NCBI GenBank assembly: GCA_905211265.1 | Contig: CAJMAC010000001.1 | Coordinates: 70,928-134,927, forward strand | DNA: 64,000 bases | Direction of reading: 5' to 3' | Source of the DNA: an uncultured Eubacteriales bacterium | GTDB taxonomy: Bacteria; Bacillota_I; Bacilli_A; RF39; UBA660 | In this document: positions 1 through 9,745 of the stretch, one piece after another | Layout: each line of letters opens with the position of its first letter | How positions within the stretch are numbered: position 1 is the first letter of the stretch | Notes under the pieces: generated by a model | Database searches by the model: none | The model's input: the letters and a program-made list of their open reading frames with translations, nothing else | Told to the model about the DNA's origin: nothing | Made by a program: the position numbers and the translations under genes

Positions 1-51
1 ATATAACCACCTTATATCCTTAATATAATTATAAAACAATAAGCTTTAAAA

Positions 52-85
52 GTAAATAAAAAGAGTACTTTTTTCAAATACTCTT
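52..85 (-). terminator. Rho-independent terminator after the giant surface-protein gene
   Basis: Inverted repeat AAGAGTA (61-67) / TACTCTT (79-85) lies just after the TAA stop at 92-94. It is followed on the minus strand by a T-run (plus-strand A-run 52-60). Confidence 0.6.
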
Positions 86-91
86 AATATT

Positions 92-3000
92 TTATTTCAT
101 TTTTCTAATTAGTAAACCTATGATTGCTACTAGTAATAAACTTAATATATTTGTATTATTTGATTCAATCATAATACCAGTTTTTGGAGGTAATTCTTTT
201 AATTTATAAACATAAATTACTTCTTTATCTTCTAAAGCAAATTCTCCTTCAACTTCTCCAATTGTTTCAACTAAAATATAATTGTCAAATGTTTTTTCAT
301 TAGTAACATATGTTGTACCAACAAGTCCATTTAATGTAATGTCATCAATTAAATTTTCATAACTATTATCTTTAACAGTAACATATTTAACTACTACATT
401 ACCTTCATTAACTTTTGTAAATACTCCATTGTCACTATCTTTAGTTACTTCACCATATGTAAGATTAGATATTACTCCATTATATACTTCATTTGTATCA
501 ATGCCAATATAATATAAACTTAATTCTTCGTTAAAATCAATAACTAATTTTTCAGTAACATTATATTTCTTAGTATATGTTAAAGTTAATGTTTCTTCAT
601 CATAAGTCCATACATTTTTATTAAATACTGATTTACTTAAATCTAACTTGTAAGGTAATTCATCTATAATAGTAATAGTAGCATCCCCAACATAGTCAGT
701 AATTACTGCATTATATTTAATAGTATAATTAAATTCACTATTAATTCCTTCAACTTCATAATTACCTTCTTTAATTAAATCTTCTTCAGAACCGCCAATA
801 TTCTTAGTATAAATATAGTATACTACTAATGTATTATTAGCAACATATTCACCACTTACACTAGCACCTTTATTTTCTTTAAATGTATATCCATAGAAAG
901 ATTCTTTAACTGTACTATATTTAGTTCCAGCAAGTTCAGTAGTTTCAGATAATTCTTTTAATACTACATTATCAGTAGTTTTATAAATTACTTTTAAACT
1001 TCCCTTTTCTATTTCAGTTTCTTTTTCTGTTTCTTCACTTGGATTATTATTTCCATCTAAATCAATGATAGTTTTTGCTTTATTTACAATAGTATCTTTA
1101 TCAATACCAATAAATATTAATTCTAAATTAAATTCTTCATTTATTTTATATTCTCCATCGATATAATCAGTATCTTTAATATTATATTCTTTTGTACAAG
1201 TAATTGTATAATTACCATCATAAGAACACATATTATCTAATTTACTATTATTTTCATCTATTTTATATGGAAGTGTATCTACTACTTTTAATGTAGCTTT
1301 TCCAACATAATCTCTTACTATTGCACTACCTTTTAAAGTATAGTTAAATGTACCATTAATACTAGATACTTTATCTGGTCCTTCTTTTACTGTTTCTATT
1401 TCAGTTATTTCACCATTATTTTTAGTATAAATATAGTTAACATATAATGTTTCTTTTCCTACATATTTACCTGCTTCATCTGCACCAGTAACACTCTTTA
1501 ATGTATAACCAATAAATTCTAATTCATTAATTACATAATCAGTTCCTGCTAAACCAGTTGTAGTAATATTTTCATGTAATTCTTCGCCAGTCTCTGTTTT
1601 GTAAGTAGCAATAACTGTACCATTAAAAATTACATCTTTAACTTCATCATTATCAGTTACATTGTTTGAGCCATAAGTTAATTTAGATTGAACTTTATTT
1701 ATAACTTCTGCTCCAACATTTGTATATCTTAATTTAATTTCAAAGTTTGCATTAATTGTATTATTATTTTCAGTAATATTATAAGTATCACTGCAAATAA
1801 TAGTTTTACCATTAATATTACATCTGTTATCCATTGAAATAATTTCTGCATTATAAGGTAGAGTATCAATTAATTCTAATGTAGCTTCTCCTACATAATC
1901 TTTAACTTTACCATTATAACTTAATACATAATTATATTCTGAATTAATATCAATTATTTGATTATTTTGAACCTTAGTTACTTTATTTTCAGTAACTTCA
2001 CCATTATTCTTAGTATAAATATAGTATACTACTAATGTATTATTAGCAACATATTCACCACTTACACTAGCACCTTTATTTTCTTTAAATGTATATCCAT
2101 AGAAAGATTCTTTAACTGTACTATATTTAGTTCCAGCAAGTTCAGTAGTTTCAGATAATTCTTTTAATACTACATTATCAGTAGTTTTATAAATTACTTT
2201 TAAACTTCCCTTTTCTATTTCAGTTTCTTTTTCTGTTTCTTCACTTGGATTATTATTTCCATCTAAATCAATGATAGTTTTTGCTTTATTTACAATAGTA
2301 TCTTTATCAATACCAATAAATATTAATTCTAAATTAAATTCTTCATTTATTTTATATTCTCCATCGATATAATCAGTATCTTTAATATTATATTCTTTTG
2401 TACAAGTAATTGTATAATTACCATCATAAGAACACATATTATCTAATTTACTATTATTTTCATCTATTTTATATGGAAGTGTATCTACTACTTTTAATGT
2501 AGCTTTTCCAACATAATCTCTTACTATTGCACTACCTTTTAAAGTATAGTTAAATGTACCATTAATACTAGATACTTTATCTGGTCCTTCTTTTACTGTT
2601 TCTATTTCAGTTATTTCACCATTATTTTTAGTATAATAATATATAACAGTAGTATCATTAACACTATATTTACCATTTTCATTACCGTTAACACTATCAT
2701 AGTTATAACCAAATATTTCTTCAGCATTAGTACTATAATTTGTACCAACTTTATCAATACTTATTTTTTCATTTAATAATTCTTTATTTGTATCTTTTTC
2801 AAGATATTTAACTATTAATTTACCTTTAACTTCTACTAAAACTGTTGCTTCAGCAGTAACACCATTAGATAAACTACTATTATTAACGCTAGTTATACCT
2901 ATTACAGTGTTTGTTAAAGTATTGTCTTCTTTTGAAGATACTTCTTCAAAGTTTGTATATACTACTTGATATTTAATAGTTTTATTAACTATATATTCAT

Positions 3001-5350
3001 CATAATATTTATCAGATGTAGTAGTAAATGTCCATGTAACAGTTTTAGAATCTTTATCATAAATACCAGTATTACCATTATATGTTAAATTAGATTTACT
3101 TAAATCTATTTCATAAGGTAATGTATCTATAATTTTAGTTTCTATTACAGAACCTTTATTAACATTTTTAATTGTTGCTTTATAGTTAACTTCATAATTA
3201 ACTACTTGATTAGAACTTGTAATCTTATTATTTAAAGTATCAGCAGTCTTAGTAATTTTTTCACTATTATTTACTAAGTGTGTATTAACATAATATACAT
3301 TAATAACATTATTATTTTTATCTACTTCAATTGTAATTTCATCTGGATTATAAGGTCTATTTGGATTTAAGAAGTAATCTCCTCTTCCTTTATTAATAAG
3401 TTCTTCAATAGATAAATTAAAATCTCTAGCATATAACTTATCACCATATAATGCTTCATTTGTTTTAGTAAATGTATTATCATAAACATCATTAAAATAA
3501 TAATTTACTGTATAAGCATATATATTTTTCTTATAGTATATTTTTATTACAATATTATTATCTGTTATAGTATATGTAGTATTATCACTCTTATCAGTAT
3601 CTAAGATATATCCAGTTGGAATATTTTCTTCACTTAGATAATATTTAGTGGAATCAACAGTTGTATTATATGGAATATTACTTTCTAATTTACTATCAAA
3701 TAAAATATTATCTTTGTAATATTCTACTCTATAACTAAATTTTTTAATTGTATATAACACATTTATTTCATTATGAGTACCATCATTAGTAATAACAATA
3801 CTTGTTTCTCCATTATTACCAAACTCAATTTTATTATATTCATAACCAGTAGGCATATATAAAGATTTATCTACATTATTTTCAGTTATTTCAGTACCTT
3901 TAACTGCTTTATAAGTTTCACTACCTAAATAGTTACTATCATTTTTATTAGTAATTTCATCTTTATAATAATTTACTACATAATTATATTCAGTTTGTTT
4001 CCAATATACCTCTGGATCCTTAGTTGAAGATATTATTTTTGCTTCATTATTAGAATCAGTATAAACTAAATTAAAACCTTCATTAGTTTTATGCCATCCA
4101 GTTTCAGTATCAGGATTAATTTGAATATCAAATGATAAGATAGTAGTTTCATCTTCAGTAATTTCAGTTAAAACATCACTAGTCATTACTTTACCATCTT
4201 TATCAACAACATTAAATTTACCTCCAACATTATCAGTAACTGTAGCATTAGTTCCTGCGCTTGATTTAGATATAGTTTTTGCTAAATCTGCAAATATTGC
4301 TGCAACATCAGCATCACCTGCTAAAACTGAGTGTTTAACTTTTACTTCACCAGTTTCTTCATTTACTACATCTTCTGATGCAATTTCTCTTAATATTCTT
4401 TGAGCCTCTGCATCATTTGCAATATCATAACCAATAGAGAATATTTCAACACCAGCATTTTTTAAAGCAGTGGCTTTTTTACTAGCATATTCTTCACTCG
4501 AACCATCAGAATCTGAACTACCTTCACCTTGTGTCATACCATTTGCATCTGAATAATATGTTGGTCTTCCATCACCAATTACAACAACATATTTTTTAGC
4601 GCCTTCTGGAAGTGGATTAGAATTATCAGTAAATAATCCTAATGCTTTGTTTAATCCTTCGCCTAGGTTAGTACCACCATCAGCACTACCAAAATTAACA
4701 TCAGAAAAATCAGCAGTAGCAAATCCTCTTTCAACACTAGCATCATTCCAAGCAGTATCTCTATAATAGCCTCCAAATAGTCCTGGTACCCATGTACCTT
4801 CTGAACCTGAAAATTGTACTAATGCAATATTAGCATATTTAGTTTCACCACTATTTAAACTTTTATTAAGTGAACTAGCAAAATCTTTTGCACCTTTAAC
4901 AGCATTGTCCCATTTCTTTACTTCAACATTTTCTTTTCTTATACATTTTCCCCATTGATTGTATTTAACACAAACTTCTTTAGTATAATTCTCCATACTA
5001 CCAGATTTATCAAATACTACTACGGCATAAATTGGATTTAATGAAGTATTTTCTTTATCCTTTCCTTTTATTTTAAATGTTACATTGTATTTACCTTCTG
5101 CAGCATTTAATGTAGTAACTGTCTTTGTTATCTGAACATCACCTTCATGTTCTAATGAACCTTCTGTTACAGTAACACTTCCAGTTTCACTTATTTTACC
5201 ATCTAATCTGATTGCACCAACTGATGGTTCAGTTTCATTAGATAAAGTATCTGCAAAAACTTTAATTGGACTTGCTAAATCAGATATAATGATAGCAATA
5301 AGTAAGAAAATTTTAGCAAATTTATTGCTTACTTTTTTCATTTTTTTCAT
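92..5350 (-). CDS. LPXTG-anchored giant surface adhesin (signal peptide, von Willebrand factor A domain, alternating MucBP-like and pilin-like DTLPY modules)
   Basis: ORF 92..5383. An SD-like GGGGGAAAGGAA precedes the ATG at 5350 (MKKMKKVSNKF...), followed by a hydrophobic signal peptide. It has the vWFA MIDAS motif VVVFDKSGSM. Repeated units of the type KYxTxxG..L....G..G..Y.....GY......G.Y......VxYxY (MucBP-like) alternate with YVGxATLxxxDTLPY units. The C-terminus carries LPPKTG, a hydrophobic stretch and RKMK (sortase signal). Confidence 0.85.
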   Translation of the reverse strand: MKKMKKVSNKFAKIFLLIAIIISDLASPIKVFADTLSNETEPSVGAIRLDGKISETGSVTVTEGSLEHEGDVQITKTVTTLNAAEGKYNVTFKIKGKDKENTSLNPIYAVVVFDKSGSMENYTKEVCVKYNQWGKCIRKENVEVKKWDNAVKGAKDFASSLNKSLNSGETKYANIALVQFSGSEGTWVPGLFGGYYRDTAWNDASVERGFATADFSDVNFGSADGGTNLGEGLNKALGLFTDNSNPLPEGAKKYVVVIGDGRPTYYSDANGMTQGEGSSDSDGSSEEYASKKATALKNAGVEIFSIGYDIANDAEAQRILREIASEDVVNEETGEVKVKHSVLAGDADVAAIFADLAKTISKSSAGTNATVTDNVGGKFNVVDKDGKVMTSDVLTEITEDETTILSFDIQINPDTETGWHKTNEGFNLVYTDSNNEAKIISSTKDPEVYWKQTEYNYVVNYYKDEITNKNDSNYLGSETYKAVKGTEITENNVDKSLYMPTGYEYNKIEFGNNGETSIVITNDGTHNEINVLYTIKKFSYRVEYYKDNILFDSKLESNIPYNTTVDSTKYYLSEENIPTGYILDTDKSDNTTYTITDNNIVIKIYYKKNIYAYTVNYYFNDVYDNTFTKTNEALYGDKLYARDFNLSIEELINKGRGDYFLNPNRPYNPDEITIEVDKNNNVINVYYVNTHLVNNSEKITKTADTLNNKITSSNQVVNYEVNYKATIKNVNKGSVIETKIIDTLPYEIDLSKSNLTYNGNTGIYDKDSKTVTWTFTTTSDKYYDEYIVNKTIKYQVVYTNFEEVSSKEDNTLTNTVIGITSVNNSSLSNGVTAEATVLVEVKGKLIVKYLEKDTNKELLNEKISIDKVGTNYSTNAEEIFGYNYDSVNGNENGKYSVNDTTVIYYYTKNNGEITEIETVKEGPDKVSSINGTFNYTLKGSAIVRDYVGKATLKVVDTLPYKIDENNSKLDNMCSYDGNYTITCTKEYNIKDTDYIDGEYKINEEFNLELIFIGIDKDTIVNKAKTIIDLDGNNNPSEETEKETEIEKGSLKVIYKTTDNVVLKELSETTELAGTKYSTVKESFYGYTFKENKGASVSGEYVANNTLVVYYIYTKNNGEVTENKVTKVQNNQIIDINSEYNYVLSYNGKVKDYVGEATLELIDTLPYNAEIISMDNRCNINGKTIICSDTYNITENNNTINANFEIKLRYTNVGAEVINKVQSKLTYGSNNVTDNDEVKDVIFNGTVIATYKTETGEELHENITTTGLAGTDYVINELEFIGYTLKSVTGADEAGKYVGKETLYVNYIYTKNNGEITEIETVKEGPDKVSSINGTFNYTLKGSAIVRDYVGKATLKVVDTLPYKIDENNSKLDNMCSYDGNYTITCTKEYNIKDTDYIDGEYKINEEFNLELIFIGIDKDTIVNKAKTIIDLDGNNNPSEETEKETEIEKGSLKVIYKTTDNVVLKELSETTELAGTKYSTVKESFYGYTFKENKGASVSGEYVANNTLVVYYIYTKNIGGSEEDLIKEGNYEVEGINSEFNYTIKYNAVITDYVGDATITIIDELPYKLDLSKSVFNKNVWTYDEETLTLTYTKKYNVTEKLVIDFNEELSLYYIGIDTNEVYNGVISNLTYGEVTKDSDNGVFTKVNEGNVVVKYVTVKDNSYENLIDDITLNGLVGTTYVTNEKTFDNYILVETIGEVEGEFALEDKEVIYVYKLKELPPKTGIMIESNNTNILSLLLVAIIGLLIRKMK
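799..1430. repeat. Copy 1 of a perfect ~630-bp direct repeat inside the adhesin gene
   Basis: By direct base-by-base comparison, 799-1430 is identical to 2005-2636 (offset 1206 bp, a multiple of 3). It encodes the duplicated peptide NNGEITEIETVKEGPDK...VVYYIYTKN. Confidence 0.9.
2005..2636. repeat. Copy 2 of the perfect ~630-bp direct repeat inside the adhesin gene
   Basis: Identical to 799-1430. The 574 bp between the copies (1431-2004) encode a diverged version of the same module. Confidence 0.9.
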
Positions 5351-5418
5351 TTCCTTTCCCCCATTCCAAGCGAAAAAAGTCAAATACTCTCCTCACTGTT
5401 GACTTACTATTATACATT

Positions 5419-5446
5419 AAATTATTCTTTTGTCAAGCACTTTATA
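5419..5446 (-). promoter_or_regulatory. Sigma-A type promoter of the adhesin gene
   Basis: On the minus strand: TTGACA (5441-5446), 16 nt spacer, TATAAT (5419-5424), upstream of the SD/ATG at 5350. Confidence 0.65.
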
Positions 5447-5473
5447 GGAAAATCATACACTTGTATTATAAAA

Positions 5474-5508
5474 ATAAATAAAAAAATATTACTTAAAAAA
5501 GTAATATT
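5474..5508 (-). terminator. Rho-independent terminator after the M23 peptidase gene
   Basis: Stem AATATTAC (5485-5492) / GTAATATT (5501-5508) overlaps the stop codon. It is followed on the minus strand by TTTTTTTATTT. Confidence 0.6.
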
Positions 5509-6671
5509 TATCTATAAAAGAATTCTTTACTATCATAATAAACTACCGGAAATTTTAATATATTTCTTGCATCAATGGCATTATCATTAAATTCATCAGT
5601 AGATATATAATATCCTTCACTTACTCCAAAATGTAAATGTTCCCCTTTACTACATCTATCATAACCACCAAATAATGTTGAGGTACTTTTTCCTCCCATT
5701 AAACCAATAATAGTATTTTCATCTACAACTTGTCCTAATTTAACTTTTATTTCAAGCAAATGCATATAAACAGTAGTATACTTTTTACCATTTACATTAT
5801 GATAAATATAAATGGTATTACCTCCACATCTATATTTAGCAAGTAATGCCACTACTCCTTTTGAAGCAGCATAAACATTATCTCCTTCACTTCCACAGTC
5901 TAAATCTATTCCATAATGCCCGCCAAGTTCTTCATAATCACTTCTTACTTTATTACCAGTAAAATCGCTAGTAACACATCCCTTTTCCAATGGATAATAC
6001 CATAAAGAAGTTAAAGGAATATTTTCACATGAATTAATATCTTGATATAATCCACATCCAATACTTTTATAATATTTTATTTTTTCTTTTAGACTTAAAA
6101 TATCTTCTTCAATACTAGCACCTTCAATATTATTATTATTTACTCTATAAATATTATATTTTTCTATATATAATTTACGTTGTTTATCTAATTCATCATA
6201 CTTATTAACTAATTCTTGTGTATCATTATTTAACTTATCAATTAATTCTAGTGTATCATTAATTAAATTACTATTATATTCACTTAATTGATTAATAATA
6301 CCATATTTATAAATAAATTCAGTAACAGTATTTGAGTCAAATATATATTCTAAATAAGCATTAGATAATCCTGATAATTGTAAAAATTTTAAATATTCAT
6401 TTGTTTCTAATTTCTTTTGTTCTAATAAATCTTGATAACTATTAATTAATTCTTCTTTTTCTTTAATTTTATTTTTAATATCATTTTTTATTATATCAAT
6501 ATCCATTATTTCATAAGTTAAATTAGATAATTCACTACTAGATAATTTATTACTATTTAAACTTTCTAAATATCTTAATTTTTCTTCTAAATCATTAATA
6601 GTAACTCCATATACATTATTAGGTATAAATAAAATTAATAGTATTAATATTTTAAATAACTTCTTATACAT
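5508..6671 (-). CDS. Secreted M23 (LytM-type) metallopeptidase with N-terminal coiled coil
   Basis: Has a signal peptide (LILLILFIPNNVYG), a long heptad-like N-terminal half, and C-terminal M23 motifs GGHYGIDLD and HLHFGV. Confidence 0.85.
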   Translation of the reverse strand: MYKKLFKILILLILFIPNNVYGVTINDLEEKLRYLESLNSNKLSSSELSNLTYEIMDIDIIKNDIKNKIKEKEELINSYQDLLEQKKLETNEYLKFLQLSGLSNAYLEYIFDSNTVTEFIYKYGIINQLSEYNSNLINDTLELIDKLNNDTQELVNKYDELDKQRKLYIEKYNIYRVNNNNIEGASIEEDILSLKEKIKYYKSIGCGLYQDINSCENIPLTSLWYYPLEKGCVTSDFTGNKVRSDYEELGGHYGIDLDCGSEGDNVYAASKGVVALLAKYRCGGNTIYIYHNVNGKKYTTVYMHLLEIKVKLGQVVDENTIIGLMGGKSTSTLFGGYDRCSKGEHLHFGVSEGYYISTDEFNDNAIDARNILKFPVVYYDSKEFFYR

Positions 6672-6765
6672 AATTCCCCCATAATACCTTTTTATACCTT
6701 TTGTAATTAATATTTATTATAAAATAAATAGAATAAAAAGTCTACAAAAAAAGTATCAAAAGATA

Positions 6766-8610
6766 CTATTTTTTTAAAATTCTAAGAGCATTAAGAATAG
6801 CAAGCACAGATACTCCAACATCAGAAAATACTGCTGACCACATTGTAACAATACCTAACATAGATAATATTAATACAATAATCTTAACACTTATAGCAAA
6901 TAAAATATTTTCTTTTACTATTTTCATAGTTTTCTTAGATATGTCTATAGCATCAGCAATTTTTGATATTTCGTCAGTCATAATAACAACATCTGCAGCT
7001 TCAATAGCAGCATCACTTCCAATTCCTCCCATTGCTACACCAATATCAGATAATGCAAGTACTGGAGCATCATTTATTCCATCTCCAATAAATAATAATT
7101 TATCTTCATTACTTTTTTCTTTTATTAAATCTTCAACAATTTTAACTTTATCTTGTGGTAATAACTCTGAATAATAACCATCAAGTTTTAATTCATTATA
7201 AACATTTTTACTTATTTCATCTTTATCACCAGTTAACATAATAATTTTATTTATATTATTAATTTTAAATAATTTTATTGCTTTATAAGAATCATCTTTA
7301 ATTTTATCAGATATACCAATATATCCAGAATATTTATTGTCAATTGCAACATATATAATTGTACCAATAAAACTACTCTTTTTAAATTTAATTTTATATT
7401 CATTCATTAATTTTTCATTACCTACTAAAATATCTTTACCTTCTATTTTAGCATATACACCTTTACCAGATATTTCTTTAGTATCAGTAATTTTCTTAGT
7501 ATTAATTTTTTTATCATAACTATTCTTTAAAGATAAAGATATTGGATGATTAGAAAAACTTTCAGCATAAGTAGCATACTTTAATAACTCATCTTTTGAT
7601 ATATCTACCGGGCTTATTTCTTGGACTTCAAATACCCCTTCAGTTAAAGTACCTGTTTTATCACATACAATAACATTTACATTACTTAAAGCTTCTAAAT
7701 AATTACTTCCTTTTACTAATACACCAATTTGACTAGAAGATCCAAGTCCAGCAAAAAAACTTAAAGGAATAGAAACAACTAAAGCACAAGGACAAGAAAC
7801 TACTAAAAATGATAATGCTCTATATATCCATATACTAAAACTTTGATTTAATATTAACGATGGAAATATTGCTAATATTACTGCAATTATTACTACTGTC
7901 GGAGTATAATATTTAGCAAACTTAGAAATAAAATTTTCTGAATTAGATTTTCTACTACTAGCATTTTCTACTAAATCTAATATTTTACTAACCGTAGAAT
8001 TATTAAAGTTTTTAGTAACTTTAATTTTAAGTATACCATCATTATTTATACATCCACTTAATACTTCGTCATTAACACTAACTCTTCTTGGAACTGATTC
8101 ACCAGTTAAAGCAAGAGTATTTAACATTGAAGTTCCTTCAACCACTATTCCATCAAGAGGTATTTTTTCTCCAGGTTTAACTAAAATTATTTCACCAACT
8201 TTAACTAAAGTAGGATTAATTTTAATATGTTTATCTTCCCTAATAACATTAGCATAATCAGGCCTAATATCCATTAACTCTATAATTGACTTTCTCGATT
8301 TATTAACAGCATAATCTTGAAATAATTCACCAATTTGATAAAACAACATAACAGTTACAGCTTCAGCAAGTTCATTAATACATATCGCACCAATGGTAGC
8401 AAATGCCATAAGAAAATTTTCATCAAATATTCTACCTCTTTTAATATTTTTTATTGCTTTTAAAAGTATATCATAACCTATTACTAAATAAGATACACCA
8501 AATAATATAATACTAACAATATTATTAACATTTTTAAGTATTACTGCAATAATTAGTAAAATACTAGACCATATTATTCTATATAATTTTTCTTTCATCT
8601 TCTTATTCAT
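6766..8610 (-). CDS. cadA: Heavy-metal (Cd/Zn-type) translocating P1B-type ATPase
   Basis: Carries the CPC motif (VVSCPCALV), phosphorylation site CDKTGTLT and hinge GDGINDAP. Ends with TAG. Confidence 0.9.
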   Translation of the reverse strand: MNKKMKEKLYRIIWSSILLIIAVILKNVNNIVSIILFGVSYLVIGYDILLKAIKNIKRGRIFDENFLMAFATIGAICINELAEAVTVMLFYQIGELFQDYAVNKSRKSIIELMDIRPDYANVIREDKHIKINPTLVKVGEIILVKPGEKIPLDGIVVEGTSMLNTLALTGESVPRRVSVNDEVLSGCINNDGILKIKVTKNFNNSTVSKILDLVENASSRKSNSENFISKFAKYYTPTVVIIAVILAIFPSLILNQSFSIWIYRALSFLVVSCPCALVVSIPLSFFAGLGSSSQIGVLVKGSNYLEALSNVNVIVCDKTGTLTEGVFEVQEISPVDISKDELLKYATYAESFSNHPISLSLKNSYDKKINTKKITDTKEISGKGVYAKIEGKDILVGNEKLMNEYKIKFKKSSFIGTIIYVAIDNKYSGYIGISDKIKDDSYKAIKLFKINNINKIIMLTGDKDEISKNVYNELKLDGYYSELLPQDKVKIVEDLIKEKSNEDKLLFIGDGINDAPVLALSDIGVAMGGIGSDAAIEAADVVIMTDEISKIADAIDISKKTMKIVKENILFAISVKIIVLILSMLGIVTMWSAVFSDVGVSVLAILNALRILKK

Positions 8611-8834
8611 TATAATTCCTCTATACTAGCATCAGGTTCATTATTACTAACAGTTTTATTAATCATATTAACAGCATTATTATAATCACTTTCCATACAT
8701 TCAAAATTTATTTTTTGTGTCATAAAGTTAACACTAACATTACTAATAATATCAATTTTATTTAAGTTTCTTTCTAACTCTAATGCACAATTAGCACAAT
8801 CTAATCCAACAATTTTTAACTTATAACTATTCAT
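8610..8834 (-). CDS. Stand-alone heavy-metal-associated (HMA) domain protein / metallochaperone
   Basis: Has the GLDCANCA CxxC metal-binding motif. Its stop overlaps the ATPase start as TAATG (8608-8612). Confidence 0.8.
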   Translation of the reverse strand: MNSYKLKIVGLDCANCALELERNLNKIDIISNVSVNFMTQKINFECMESDYNNAVNMINKTVSNNEPDASIEEL

Positions 8835-8848
8835 AAATATCCTTCTTT

Positions 8849-9211
8849 CTATCTTTTATGATTAATATGTTCTAATCCTACTTCAAATAATTTAACTATA
8901 TGTTCATCATCCAAAGTATAATATACTTCTTTACCTATTTTTTCACATTTTACTACACCACTTCTTCTTAAAGTAGCAAGTTGATGAGATACTGCAGACT
9001 TAGTCATATTAAGTACATTAGCAATATCACATACACACAATTTTCTTTTATCTAAAGCAAATAATATCTTACATCTTGTAGTATCACCGATTAATTTAAA
9101 TAAATCTGCTAAATTATTAAATATAAAATTATCAGGCATATCTTTAATTACATCTTTTACCATATCTTCATGTATAATATTACAATCACATATAAATTCA
9201 TTCTTAGACAT
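8849..9211 (-). CDS. cadC: ArsR/SmtB-family metalloregulator (CadC-like)
   Basis: Has the winged-helix segment LCVCDIANVLNMTKSAVSHQLATLRRSGVV and N-terminal Cys residues (ICDC). GGAGG (9217-9221) lies 5 nt before the ATG at 9211. The longer ORF-track start at 9241 would overlap the predicted operator. Confidence 0.85.
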   Translation of the reverse strand: MSKNEFICDCNIIHEDMVKDVIKDMPDNFIFNNLADLFKLIGDTTRCKILFALDKRKLCVCDIANVLNMTKSAVSHQLATLRRSGVVKCEKIGKEVYYTLDDEHIVKLFEVGLEHINHKR

Positions 9212-9223
9212 ATTAACCTCCAT

Positions 9224-9243
9224 AGTTGAGTATTTATTCAACT
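9224..9243 (-). promoter_or_regulatory. Candidate CadC operator (inverted repeat between -10 and SD)
   Basis: Minus-strand sequence AGTTGA-ATAAATAC-TCAACT has 6-bp perfect arms. The core TTGAATAAATACTCAA resembles, as I recall it, the cad operator core (TCAAATAAATATTTGA). Confidence 0.5.
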
Positions 9244-9249
9244 ATATTC

Positions 9250-9278
9250 ATTATATAAAATATTATGCTATTTGTCAA
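9250..9278 (-). promoter_or_regulatory. Sigma-A type promoter of the cadC operon
   Basis: On the minus strand: TTGACA (9273-9278), 17 nt spacer, TATAAT (9250-9255). Confidence 0.7.
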
Positions 9279-9319
9279 TATTTTTTATACAAAATAAAAG
9301 CACCATATGATGCTTTTAT

Positions 9320-9664
9320 CTACCTAAAATTACAACAACTTCCACATTGTACATTACTAACAACATTCTCTTCACTGCAAGTATATCTTGGTTGATAAGT
9401 ATGTCTATAAATATGGTTATTGATAATCTTAGTATTTATTGGACAAACATGTGGTACTTCATGATAAATATTTCTATAAACACATCTTTCTCTTGGAGTT
9501 TCAATAATAGGACTAGACATCATTCCCATTGAACTACCTCCCATATTATTATCCATTACATTAGTATTTGTGTTTGTATTAGTATTAACATTTTGATTAA
9601 TAATATTGATATCAATATCATTATCCAAAGGCATTTGTCTTAAATTATCATTGTTACAAAACAT
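9320..9664 (-). CDS. CotD-like (inner spore coat protein D family) small Cys/His/Pro-rich protein
   Basis: The C-terminal half (CVYRNIYHEVPHVCPINTKIINNHIYRHTYQPRY...CGSCCNFR) resembles the His/Pro/Val-rich CotD repeats. The N-terminus has a (NT)n low-complexity run. Confidence 0.45.
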   Translation of the reverse strand: MFCNNDNLRQMPLDNDIDINIINQNVNTNTNTNTNVMDNNMGGSSMGMMSSPIIETPRERCVYRNIYHEVPHVCPINTKIINNHIYRHTYQPRYTCSEENVVSNVQCGSCCNFR

Positions 9665-9745
9665 TTTTAATCCCCCTATCTGTTTTATAATATGAATTAT
9701 TTAAAGATATTGATAGTGTTAAAGTCTAATCTTATAAATTATACT

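Noticed and set aside
799-2636. The perfect 630-bp repeat as copies of an insertion sequence or other mobile element
   Set aside because: Both copies are in frame within the adhesin ORF and encode the same module type as the neighbouring diverged repeats. There are no terminal inverted repeats and no transposase.
5399-5590. Plus-strand 63-aa ORF between the adhesin and the M23 peptidase genes
   Set aside because: It spans the minus-strand promoter and terminator, runs antisense into the M23 gene, and has no SD.
6941-7519. Plus-strand ORFs 6941-7174 and 7337-7519
   Set aside because: They are antisense to the well-supported P-type ATPase gene, have no ribosome-binding sites, and have low-complexity products.
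9540-9600. Short periodic AAYACN repeats, and the Asn-codon repeats at 19980-20400, as a CRISPR array or non-coding tandem repeats
   Set aside because: They lie inside open reading frames and translate to (NT)n or Asn-rich low-complexity peptide. There is no repeat-spacer architecture.
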